Assembly: GCF_018350175.1 (NCBI RefSeq)
Contig: NC_058368.1
Coordinates: forward strand, 29,700,001-29,764,000
Length of the DNA: 64,000 bases
DNA from: Felis catus
Taxonomy: Eukaryota
Reading direction: 5' to 3'
In this document: piece after piece, positions 46,658 through 58,480 of the stretch
Position numbering within the stretch: position 1 is the stretch's first letter
Layout of the letters: each line of letters opens with the position of its first letter
Made by a program: the position numbers and the translations under genes
The notes under the pieces: generated by a model
The model's input: the letters and a program-made list of their open reading frames with translations, nothing else
What the model was told of the DNA's origin: nothing
Databases searched by the model: none

Positions 46658-48319
46658 TATGTACACAAGTATTTTGACTCTAAAAATATAAAATAAAATA
46701 AATCTGTGGACATCAAATTATGATTTTCCCTAAGCTTAAAAAAAACCACAAAACCATCGTTCTTCTCAGGTTTGTGAAAACCAGTTGTCTGTGCCACAGC
46801 CATTCTGATGAGCTGTGATGCCAGATGACCTTTGAAGGGACTGGTGGGGGGATACACAGACCCCTGTCTAGGCAGTGATGTGCAGAGCCAGCCTTATTCA
46901 GGATGGTGAAAATAGCTTCCGTTTGTCAGAGGTCTTCCTGCTACAGAAACAGAGAAGCTTCTGGGATAGGAGAGTGTCAACTATCCCTTCTTCACCTCCG
47001 CCTTTACTTTTCAAAAGAGCAACATATGAACAGCATCCAAACTAAGCATTCCTAAGACTTGTCCTCAAGCCCAAAAGGCTTCCTTTCCCAGTGAAAATCA
47101 ACCTCATTTTAAATCAGTCTCTGTGTCTGCATTTGGCTTTCAAGATTTTTGTGAACTTCATCAACATCGCTGACAAACTGGGAGATGCCCAAATCTCAAC
47201 AGAAATCAATCAAGTGCTACAATTTTGAGGGAAAAAAAGTTGCTTTGTTTTCTGACTTGTACCACAAACAGCGGCTCCAATCTGTCATTATGACTGAGAA
47301 CGTGTCACAACAATCTGTTTTTATTCTTTAGGAAAGAAGAACAACATCTTGCTCTCCTCCAGCTACAGCTAATTTGGAAAATTTGCAAGCTGACATGCAA
47401 CTTGATTAAAATGACCTGGAGCCACCAATTCTTTTAAAATGCAACTCAGTGCTCACAACCCCAGACCTTCTGTAGTCCAGTTATCTCCTCCACAGCTTGT
47501 TTTTGGCCGGGGGTGGGGGTGGGTGGGGAAGCTAGAAGGATGCGGGCTGGGGTAGGGAAGAGCTTGATGTTATAATCCACATGGAGATTTTTTCATTATT
47601 TTTTATTTTCCCTTTTCAACTCTGCTGTCACCATGGATTTCCTTCATCTCCTAGTGAACAGGAAAAGTCGTGGGACATCTCTACAGGACTAGCGTGGATT
47701 TCATAGTCCTTGGCTCAGAGCAGGCACATGACCCAAATGAAGCATCCACATTGGGGTTGGAAACCATTTTGACATTGTGGTTTCACTCCCATTCCACACT
47801 TTTAGAAAATATGTAGAGATCTGTCCCAGTTTGAATTGGCTTCCTAGGTCTTTGTCAAATCCTGCTACACTGACAGCAATGATATTTCCTTCTAGGGAAA
47901 CCAGTAGGTAAGACAAATGATAACTATTTGGTTCACTCTAGGATTAGGAATCATGGGATTTCACATAGTGGAAACTGAGGCATTGTTCAGGAATCCGAGT
48001 GTGGGTTTGCTTTATAAATACACTCTTATGAATATCTCATTTTTCTTTATGGCATCTAAAATGTGTGTTATTGAGGAAGGGTGTTAATGTGGGAAGTGTT
48101 AATGTGGGCTGGCAAGGGTGCCCACAGTTGTATTGTTCACTAAGACAATGTATAATTATTAGGAGACAATATATAATTACACACTGAATTGTGTGCTGCA
48201 AACTCTAAGTGTTGGCATTCTATCTCAGAGAGAGGAGAGCTAATACTGGTTGAGACCATGTAAATGCAGACACTCATTTGTCAGGGAATGTACAGTAATG
48301 AGAATCATTTCTGAATCCT

Positions 48320-48333
48320 GTTGCCTTGGCAAC
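48320..48333. promoter_or_regulatory. RFX X-box-like motif
   Basis: gttgccttggcaac, 13/14 to GTTGCCATGGCAAC with perfectly complementary 6-bp arms. Confidence 0.45.
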
Positions 48334-49315
48334 CTATTCTAAAATGATGTAGATAAAGAGCTAGCAACACTTATCAATGAAGCCAGCGTGTCTTGGGAAG
48401 GAAAGCTGCCGAAAATAAGGCATCAAGCATCAGACCAAACTGACTTTTAGGGGGGATAGCTCTGTTCAAAGTCGGGTCAAGGTGTGAAATGAGGGATTGG
48501 GCATTAAGGTCATGACTATCATCAATACCTCCTATGACACCCTGGTCAAACACATATCTGCTGTCGGGGTTGTGGGACATTAATCAACTCAGGCTCCAGC
48601 TCTTACTTATGGCAGCTCTTCTGAATTGGTCATTTTTGTGTGGCTGGACAGTAACTGAGATGCCAGAGGGAACACCCTAGGGTGAGCTCCCCCTTTGGAG
48701 GGCATAGGGCTTGAAAGGTGGCAAGAACATTTGGATGCCTCCCTGTTCCCCTGGTGTCTCCTGTCTGATGTAAATATGTGATCTGATTTAGAAGAACTGA
48801 TACAGTTAGCTCCTTTTTAAAGACGAGGAAAATAAGGCCGAGGAAAGTTAAGCAACTTGTTTATGTTGTGTCTTAGAGACAAGGCAGGACCAACATCAGG
48901 ACTTGATTTGTCCCTCCCAACAGCTGTAATGGAATCTCTCAGGAATCCCACCTACCTGACCTCAGGACCTGCACATTTTTTTTCCATTTCTGACTCAGCA
49001 CATGACCTGATCAGGGCTCACTCTGTGATTCTAAGTTTGAATCTTGCCTGAGTGGTGCACACTAAACTCTGAATCAGCAACAAGGCTCCTGGGGGATGCG
49101 TGGGGAGGTGGCAGCTAACCCTGTGTCACCCTGGGCTGAGGCAGGAGAGGCCTCTCCAGTGCCTGTGCCTGAGTCAGGTGCCTCCTCTGGTATGAAGGGA
49201 AGTGAGGCTGGCATGCTCTATGGGCAGCCGATTGTGTCCTGAGAATACCAATAAAGAGATTGTAAGACTGCATTTTGAAAGTTTCTCTTTATAGCTGTAA
49301 ATTTTGTCCACATTT

Positions 49316-49533
49316 AAAAAATGTTTATTTATTTTAAAAGAGAGAGCATGTAAGCAGGGGAGAGGAGCGGGGGGTGGGGACAGAGAGAGAGAGAGAGAGA
49401 GAAAGAATCTCAAGCAGGGTCTACACTCCGCACAGAACCCCATGTGGGGCTTGATCTTATGACCCATGAGATCATGACCTGAGCCAAAATCAAAGAGTTG
49501 GAAGCTTAACTGACTGAGCCACCCAGGCACCCC
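49316..49533 (-). mobile_element. Can-SINE (older subfamily)
   Basis: TSD tgtcca(c/g)attt at 49305-49315 and 49534-49544. Confidence 0.94.
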
Positions 49534-49737
49534 TGTCCAGATTTCTTTAAACCTGTTTTAGTTGTATTCTTTTAAATTATATTCTATCAAGTTTAGGCTG
49601 ACTATAATCAGACCAAAACAATAATCCAGCCATCTTCCAGATACGGAACTTCAGTAATTATCAGTCTTGAGATTGAAAGTGTGAAGGGGTGCTAATTTGC
49701 ATGCTGTTAAAGGTCATCTATGAAGAACACTCAGAGA

Positions 49738-49985
49738 TTATACTTAATAAGACTGTATTGCATATTTGAGAGTTGCTAAGAGAGTAGATCTTGTAAGTTC
49801 TCATCACAAGAAAAAGAATTTTGTGGCTATGTACGGTGATGGATGTTATCTAGACTTACTGTTAACACAAATGTCAAATCATTATGTGAAACACCTGAAA
49901 CTAATGTAATGTTATATTTGATTATGCTTCAATTTAAGAAAAAAAGAAAAACAAAGGAAACAAAATTCCAAACAAAGAAAACCCC
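49738..49985 (+). mobile_element. Short L1 3'-terminal fragment (L1MA-like)
   Basis: actgtattgcatatttgagagttgctaagagagtagatctt...acacctgaaactaat, A-rich tail. Confidence 0.85.
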
Positions 49986-50204
49986 CCAAACCGTCAGAGA
50001 AAAAGATGAAGGTGCACATTGACTACAGTGGCATATGTTTACCTCTGGCCCCTAAGGGGTGCAAAAACGCTTATTTAAAGGTGCTTTGTCCTTATTAATT
50101 ACAGAGTCACAGATTAGAGGGGGCTGCTTCTTCTTGCTCTGTTCCTTCATAGGCCACATCTCCTCTTTCCCTCCCTCCTTTCTTGACACCCTCCCTCTCT
50201 CTTT

Positions 50205-50520
50205 TCCTATTTATTGAGTCCTTAATGATTAGCAGACACAGCCCTGGACACTAGGGGTATGAAGGTGGCTGAGGCACAGACCTGTCCATCCAACTCCTCT
50301 TCTGGTTGGAAATAAACACAAGGTTTTGATGACTACTGTCCAAAGTCTTACAGGCACACAAAAAGAGAAATGGGGTCAAGGTCAGGGAAGGGCTTATGGT
50401 GCAAGCAACCTTTCAGCTGGACCTCAGAGGTGGGTAGGAAATTGCCAATTGGAGAAAGAGGATTTGTGGAAGGGGAAGGGGCAAAAGGCAAAGGGAAATG
50501 GAATGTCATGATTAAAGGCA
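50205..50520 (-). mobile_element. L2 3' fragment
   Basis: tatttattgagtcc...agacacagccctggacactagggg...acagacctgtcc. Confidence 0.55.
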
Positions 50521-50565
50521 TGATGATAAAAAGTGATAGTTTAGGGAATGTATTTAGTCATTGGA

Positions 50566-50939
50566 TGTGGTGGAGATAGCCCACCAAAATTTGTGCTGTC
50601 CCTTTAATACCGCAAACTAGTTGCCCAATCAGGGACTACATTTCCCAAGCCCCTTTGCATCTAGATGGGACCATGTGACTAGGCAGTCAAAAGGTGAGCC
50701 TGCTTTTCCCTTTTGTCTTCCCCTCTGCTGACTTGGATTCTGGGGACTCTGAATCTTAGGCCAGGAAAAAGCCATAAAATGGAAGTCATCAGGGCCCTGA
50801 CTCACCATGTGGAAGAGCACCCACTGACGACTAACACGAGCACTGTACCATGTGAGTAAGGAGTAAACTTTTGTTGCAGAAGTCACTGAAATTTTGGGGT
50901 TTCTTTGTTATAGCAGCTGACACTACCCTAACCAACACA
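50566..50939 (+). mobile_element. MaLR solo LTR (MLT1I/J-like)
   Basis: gactacatttcccaagcccctttgcatctagatgggaccatgtgact...agtcactgaaattttggggtttctttgttatagcagc. Confidence 0.75.
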
Positions 50940-51049
50940 CTGTGTGTGATGCAAGCATCTTAAAGTGTTTAATGCAAAGATTATTTCATCAAATACATTT
51001 AGGAAACACTGAATTCAACAGGTTTCATGCCAGCAGTATGGGATAGAGG

Positions 51050-51158
51050 TTTTGTTTGTTTTGTTTTAAAGTAGGTTCCACACTTAACGTGGGGCTTGAA
51101 CTCACGACCCTGAGGTCAAGAGTTGCGTGGTCTGCTGATGGAGCCAGCCAGGAGCCCT
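51050..51158 (-). mobile_element. Short older Can-SINE
   Basis: aacgtggggcttgaactcacgaccctgaggtcaagagttgcg...gagccagccaggagccc. Confidence 0.88.
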
Positions 51159-54100
51159 GGTATACAGCTTTAATATACAAAAGTGTATAATAAATCTCCA
51201 AGAGAAATTTAGCATGCAGACTGAATGTCTTTGGCCATGTGACACTTTTCTTCAACACTCAGGAATGTATTGTAATTCTGCTGAAGTTGGAGAAAAGCTG
51301 GTGTCCAGCCCAGGCAGGTGTTGAGTATCAGGGATGAAGTAGGAAAGGGAGGAGGCCATGTAGACTGCTTTCTCTCCCACCACCCTCTCTCACACTCCGG
51401 CTCCTTAGCTTTTCACTCAGTCCTCCAATGAGTCATGCTTTGTATTGTGTTTCTGGCCTTTGCATCCAAAGCTCCACCTGGACTGTTCTCCTGCTTTTCT
51501 TTTTCTAAAGCCCAGTTTTCTCTGTGAACTGCCTCTCCTTCAGGTCAGCTGAAAGATAACCAAGAGACTGTATAATTGAGGGCTTGCCTTTTATATATGA
51601 GAAAAACTGAGACCCAGAAGATAAACCGAGGCCAAGGAAGTAAATCATTGTACAGGTTGGTTTGTTTAGTGATTGGACAGCAGGTTCTCTGCCATTGGAG
51701 AAATGATCCTTCCTATGACAAGAATCCTGGGGTTACCTTGTCTGTAAAATTTCTGAGCCATTCATCTGGACTTTATGTGCCCTTCGGTTTTTTTCCTCCT
51801 CAGGTCTGCCTTCAGATAGGCTCTGCAGTGGAAGTCTCTTGGTTTAGGTCGCTGATCCTATGCATTACATAGTCATGTGTATGTGTCCCTAAAAGGCTCT
51901 GGACGCCCTTTGGGGCCTCCGTGGTAAGCTGACCTTTTGTCAGGGTCATAGAGGGCTGCGTGCCTTCGGTAAGAGTAGCTGGTCATCTCTTGCCTGCCCA
52001 CAAACCCAGTGGCGTGGCAGACTCCTTCCAACATGGGGAGAGGGGGCAGAGGGCTCTGCACGACTCACCTTCACGCATAGTGCAGCTGCCCGTCAGGGCT
52101 GTTTAGTGCATTCTTTCTGCCAGTCTTGGGCCTCTCTTACAATAGCGGTAGTGTGTTTCTCTGGCTTGGATGGTGTTTGAATTAACTTAATCAAACATAA
52201 GCAGAGCAGCTGATTGGTGGAACGGAAAGGTTGGGCTGGAGGTCCAGGCCAACACTGCATAATTTGTGGCCACCTCTGGTTGTAGGAATCCAAACCCAGC
52301 CCTGTTTCTCTTGAGTCGGAGTTTACTGCGTGTGTCCTTGCCGAAGAGGCAAATCATGGTTGATTGGCCAGTTTCTCACCGCAGTACAAAACCTTACAAA
52401 CGTAAGCCACGATATTAAAATTTACACATTCACCGTGCTGTACAGCACACAAAGATGTCTCCATTTGTAGATGGGGGTGCTGAGCCAGACGGATGAAGTG
52501 AGATAGTTGCTCAAGGTCACAGCAGTGAGAGGCAGAGCTGGGGTTCACACTCAAGGCTTCCGTGACCCCATATCTCATCCTTTCTCACTGAATTGCCTTT
52601 GGAAGACTTGTCAGCTTTGCAGTCAAATGTGTGTTCCATGTAAGTCTCTGCTCCCAGGTAAATCACCAGGCTTGGCACGAGCCCCTGGGGTGTCAGATGC
52701 CAGCTCAGCCCTCCACAGCTGCTCCGCCTGTTCTGTGAAGATTCCCTACACCAGGTCTGTTTGCCCTTTTCTGGGGCTCTGGTAAGCATCATGAAACCTC
52801 TCTCTCTAGGCTCAGAGATGGCTTCACTGGTGGCTGACTCATGACATTGTCCTCTTATGCTGCTTTGTTTCTGGTTCTGTCTGTTTGTGGATTATGAGGC
52901 TGGCATGATGGAGAAAGTGAGGCACTAGGAGTCAAGCAGCTGCTCAGAGGCCTGGCTTTGCAGGACTTTCGTGTTATATGACGTGGGGAGCGCTCCTGCA
53001 GGCGGATCTGATTTCCTCATCTATAAAACAAGGGGGTTGGGAAAAATCTGTCTGGTCCCACTCCATTCTAAAATTCTGTCCTTATATTTATAAAGGTAAA
53101 CAAGCAAACCAAACAATAAAGCCAAAATTGCCTCCCTGAACAAACATACCCTCAAATCCACGTCCCAATAGGGGTGGAATTTGTGATTGGGGTGTTGGCA
53201 TTTAGGAATGTGGTTGTAAGATTCTAATATGCATGCTGCTAAAATTTTGTCATAAAATTTGAAGCAATGCATGCTGGTAGACTTTAATCCCTGAAAGTCC
53301 TCTAAGCAATATTTCTAATATATATTTTGTCGAAGATTTGATGCTCTCTGCTTAGGTATTTCTAACAAGCGCTCTCTCCAAACAAATCTCTTTGAAAATG
53401 CATTAGATAACACAGTTCCTTCAATTCCATATCTTCCTTTCTGTCTAAACTGAAAAAGCCAGTTCACGTTATTAATGACAAGTCATTTTGCAGAGTGCCC
53501 GGGTTAATAGAAGAGATAACTGGCAAAATATAAATGTGTAATACTAACATGCTGAAGATAAAACAGAGGTCTAATGCTGAATGCATAATGTGGAGAATGG
53601 AAGAAGTTCCTGGCTGGTACAGAATTCCTGCAGAAAGAACCAGGAAGCTATGGTGACCAGTGGGTCCATTGGTCTCCCAACTTGCTACTTTCCTGTTTTC
53701 TTTTGCAGCCCATCTATCCTCCTTGAACCCCAATCCTAGAATTTCAGAGTTAAAAAAAAGGGTCCTTAGGGAATTTTGAGAATGAGGAAACTGAGGGCAG
53801 TCAGGTGGGGGGACTCATCTAAAGAAATAGCACCAGTTTTCTCAGGGAACTGTGCTGTCATTTCAATGCTTTGCCCAAGATTCTGCCAATCCAGGTGCCT
53901 CCCCTGTCTTCTCCACATCAGCCCAACCCAGGGACACAGAGCAAGCATTTATCAAATTAAAATCAGAGCACAGCGGATTCAAATTCCAGCGTCACTGGCT
54001 CTCTGTTTGTATGGCTTTGGGAAAGTTCCTTCACCTCTCCTATACCCCAGTCTCTCCTCCTGTCAAATGAGTTAACAAAGGTAAAGCCCTTTGCACTCTA

Positions 54101-54362
54101 GTGAATATTCAGAAAAGTTAGTGATTTTCATTAATATTCTGTGATTTATAAGTTTTATTATTTTTGACTATATAATCTCTATCTGGAAGCACAGTACAGG
54201 ACTGGAGGACCTCTCATCATATCTGGCTTAAGAGTCGCATATTTTCTTGATAGTCCTCAAGTTCACTCTCAGAAGGAATGTGGTAGTTGGCTGTTCTCTG
54301 TGTCCCTAGAACTTTAAGACAAGAGGGAAGGCACTTAAATGGTAGCTGAGGCCGCAGGGGTA

Positions 54363-54710
54363 TACTATGGTTTGGATGTTTGTGTCTGCCTCCACGTTCA
54401 TATATTGAAATCCTAATGCCCAGTGTGTTGGTATTTGGAGGTGGGGCCTCTGGGAGGTGATTAAGTCACATATGGGGTGCATGCTCACATAAAAGAGACC
54501 CCAGGGAGCTTTCTCCCAATTTCCACCATATGAGGACTGAGAGAAGTCGGCTGTCTGCAACTAGGAAGACAGGCTTCACCAAACACTGAGTCTGCCAGTG
54601 TCATGATCTTGAACTTCCCAGCCTCCGGAACTGTGAGGAACAAATGTTTGTTGTTTATAAGCCACCCAGCCTATGGTATTTTGTTATAGTAGCCCAAATG
54701 GACTAAGACA
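54363..54710 (+). mobile_element. MLT1A-type MaLR solo LTR
   Basis: tactatggtttggatgtttgtgtc...gtatttggaggtggggcct...ataagccacccagcctatggtattttgttatag...gactaagaca; 5-bp TSD gggta at 54358-54362 and 54711-54715. Confidence 0.92.
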
Positions 54711-54949
54711 GGGTAGATTCCTTAATTCCAAGAGTGCAGAATCTCCTTCAGTGGCCAGGAGCTGCCCTAAGTGACCCCTGGTATCCTTTCGACCATAAGT
54801 CTGCACCTGCCACTGGAAAGTTTAATGAATTGGTCTCATGTTAAAAATATTAAATAAATTTAATTCTCCAGGTCTTAGTAAAAAAGAGGGCTCATCCTTG
54901 AGGATTATGAGAAAATTAAAAAACAGAACTTGAGCTAGATAAACTGCCT

Positions 54950-55180
54950 TGAAGTGCTGGGACTTTGCAGTCAAATATGTATATATGCTTTCCAGCTGCA
55001 TGACCTCGGTCAGGTGACCTCAGCTCCCTAAACCTCAGCTTTTGCATCTATAGAACGGGGAAGATGTCAGTTCCTTCCTTATAGGGGTCTACTGAGAATA
55101 CATACGATGTATTGATGAGACAATACATACAATGTATTTAACACACTGCCTGGCACATAGTAAGTAACGTTAGTTCGCAT
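54950..55180 (+). mobile_element. MIR SINE
   Basis: cagctgcatgacctcgg...aacctcagcttttgcatctatagaacgggg...gcctggcacatagtaagt. Confidence 0.75.
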
Positions 55181-55597
55181 TATGATTAATTTTTAAAAGT
55201 GGTTTTAAAAAGCAAATGCCTCATTTGGTTACAATACTTAGACATCAAAAATATTTAAAAGTGTCTCAGCATAAATGTTCAGTGAGAAAGGATTTTTGTC
55301 TTCTATTTTCAATTAATGCGCCCGCCATTTAAGCAGTGAACAACATGTGGTGAAGGGCCAGACATTCTTTTTCATTTCACAGATGTATTTTGAATGGAAA
55401 GTTCTGGAGCTGGCTCTGGGGAAAAAAAAATCTAGTGTGTCTAAACAACACAAACTATTTGGGAAAACAAAGAAAGCTGGATTGATCTGAGTTGATTGTT
55501 TTTTTCCACCAGCCAATTTTTTGGGTAGATATAGCCTCAATATGAAATCTGACCAAGATTGATTCTGGATAATTCAGTCTCCAGGTAGACACAATCT

Positions 55598-55804
55598 GGG
55601 GGACGCCAGGGTGGCTCAGTCAGTTAAGTGTCTGACTCCTGATTTTGGCTCAGGTCATGATCTCACAGTTTGTGACACTGAGCCCCGTGTCTGCTCTGTC
55701 AATGCAGGGCCTGCTTGGGACTCTCTTTCTCCCTCTCTCTGACCCTCTCTCTCTCTTTCTCTCAAAATAAATAAATAAACATTAAGAAAAAAAAAAAAAC
55801 CCAA
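55598..55804 (+). mobile_element. Can-SINE
   Basis: gggtggctcagtcagttaagtgtctgactc; TSD acaatctggg at 55591-55600 and 55805-55814. Confidence 0.95.
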
Positions 55805-57423
55805 ACAATCTGGGATGTTTTGTGGAAGACCCTGAAAGATTTCTGAGCAGGAAATTAATAACTTTGAGTTTAGTTTCTGGTGACTTTTAGCACACAGCAC
55901 CCATCCTCCTCCCAAACTTCTTGATGAGTTTGAGCCATTCTACTCTCTGTCTGGAAGGGTCACTGGAAGAAACCTCAGGGATAAGAGGGGACCACCCCTC
56001 ATTCAGTAGATGAGAAAAATAAGATTTAATGAGTTTGTGTGACAAGTGTCTATTACTCTGATATTTTCCACTTGGTCTGAGCACAATGTGCCATTTTTTT
56101 AAGCAAGAGCCATTGAAGGGGACTTCCAACCAATTTCCAGTTTCCTTGTTGTTCACAATAAAACAAAGGTATCTATTCAAAATGTAAATTTTACATTGGT
56201 GCTTTTACAGATCTGTGTGCATTGGTCTGTTTCTCTGGGTGACGGTGGGGAGGAGGCAAGGGTATCTGGGGTTGGGGGTTTGTGGGGGGAGATTCGAATG
56301 GGCAGGGCGAAGAAGACCTTCACTGCCACCTTGTGGTCACCTGGAACAACAGAGGGTCATTGCTCTGGAGATCTGGTCTGTCCAGCCTCTTACTTTGGCT
56401 GCTGGCCTGAGATCTTTATCAGTGCGGGCAGCATTGCTTCAATGGAGCTTCTGTTACCATTTTTCTTTCCAGTGCATTTTTCACTTTCTTTAGCCCCAGG
56501 AAAGGGGTAATTGTTGAGAGCCAGCAAAATTCTATATTCTGGAAAAATAGCTGCAGAGAGGAAGAGGTCAGGATCTAGGGAAAGGCTTTTAAGATGAAAT
56601 GTTGGAGAGTCTTGCAAGATTCTTGTTTCATCTTGCTGTAGGATCTGTCTACAAAAGCAGAGATTTATGGGGCAAAAGTCAGACCCGGAGTTGGCACCTG
56701 TCATTGTCATCACCTGGTCAACTGGGGGAAGTCAGGACAGATGAAGATTCATTTATTATGTCATTTAGTGCCATGGATTGCAGTCCAAATTAGTTCTCCC
56801 ATCACATTCCGATAGTCTCAGATTCAATATTGTCAGTTGAAAAACTAAAGATATTTTTCAGTGCAAAAAAAATGACTTTCAAGACATGTATTATGGAAAG
56901 GATTATAATAAATTAAATGCCTAAACTGGCAGAGTGCAAACAATTTTGACTCAGATCTAAATGTTTGCACTGGCTGTTTAAACATTTAATTTGTTAGACT
57001 GGAAGTACCACCACAGAATAAGCATGTTAATTAAACTTGGGCTTCAGCAACGTGAAGCATCCCACGTACACAGCGCGTGACAGACCCGGACCAGCCAGAG
57101 CCAATGTGCGTTGATTTCTCATTCTCCAAATGAACGCTTTGCATCTTTAAACCCCTCAGACATTAGTGATTTTTAATGAATTGTCCTGTCTTTCCGAGGT
57201 GATTTTTAGATTACGCTGTAAGATAATGTTAGTCTGGGAAACAATGTTGTAATTAAGTTTCAGGGATGTATCACCCCTAGGTAATTGATTAAAGTGGGTA
57301 CATGGATAATCTGTTGGGTGACTTTAGATTAAAAAATAGAAACGTGTAAAGAAAAGGAGACGCAAAAAACAAAACAAAACCTCTAAAGAGACCAGTTTAT
57401 CAAAAACAAACAATCTTCGTTAG

Positions 57424-57490
57424 CATCATCACCAACATCATCACAACCATTATCTTCACCACCATCATCGTCATCATCCTCATCACATCA
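57424..57490. repeat. Degenerate (CAT/CAC)n tract
   Basis: catcatcaccaacatcatcac...caccaccatcatcgtcatcatcctcatcacatca. Confidence 0.8.
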
Positions 57491-57685
57491 TTTGAGGCAG
57501 CGGAGCATCCCAGCTGAAAGTTCCTTGTCTGACCCTCATTCTGCCACAGATTGGTCACATGATGTTGTTTAAGGCACTTGTCTTCTCTGAACTTCAGGTA
57601 CCTCATTTGTAAAAATGAGGGTGTTTTTATCAGACTAAGGCTAAGCGGTTGTAACAAAGCGGCCTCCAAATACAGTGACTTAGTG

Positions 57686-57908
57686 ATTTATTTATTTATT
57701 TTAAGTTTATTTATTTTTGAGAGAAAGAGAGAGAGAGCATGAACATGTGAGTGAGGGGAGGGCAGAGAGAGAGAGGGAGAGAGAGAATCCCAAGCAGGCT
57801 CTGTGCTGACAGCATGGTTGCAGAGCTTGAACTCACAAACCATGAGAGCATGACCTGAGCTGAAATCAAGAGTTGGATGTGTAAGTGACTGAGCCACCCA
57901 GATGCCCA
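57686..57908 (-). mobile_element. Can-SINE (inside a short MaLR-like fragment)
   Basis: gaatcccaagcaggctctgtgctgacagc...tgagccacccagatgccc; TSD ccaaa(t/c)acagt. Confidence 0.94.
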
Positions 57909-57999
57909 CCAAACACAGTATTTTAAAAAACCATAGTTTATTTCTTCATTAGACATAACTGAGTTATTTCAGGCGAGCAGGGAGCCCTTGAGCCCTTAT

Positions 58000-58480
58000 T
58001 TGAAAACGCTTGGTAGCACCCCCTGCTTGCAGACCCAACTTCAAGGTCCTTTACAACCTGACCTCCACTCACACTTCCCGCTTACCCACTCTTTGTCTTT
58101 CTACTTCCTCCTGTGTCTTCGCTATGCTGTTCCCTTGGTCAACAATGCCCTCCTGCTCTTCATCTCTTGATATTTGATTCATTCATGGCCCAGCTCATAT
58201 GCTGCCTCCTTCATGAAACCCTGTAATTTCCCTCCTCTGCCCCTTGCCATCCTGTTACAACATTCATTGTTTCTTCCTCTGCCTTCTGATATCTTTACCT
58301 CTTTTGTAGTATCAAATGGCATTTGCCCTCTAATTTAGTTATTTATTCAAAGGGACTTTATGTTTCTGGAGGCAACCAGACTGCGTATTATTTATCTTTC
58401 TTTCCCATCTCCTCCCTCCTTCCTTGCCTTGCCCAATATCCAGCATTGTTCCTTGCCCAATAAATGTATGTTGAGCTGAA
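58000..58480 (+). mobile_element. L2 3' fragment
   Basis: ttcaaggtcctttacaacctgacc...tatgctgttccctt...ccaataaatgtatgttgagctgaat L2 terminus. Confidence 0.65.
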
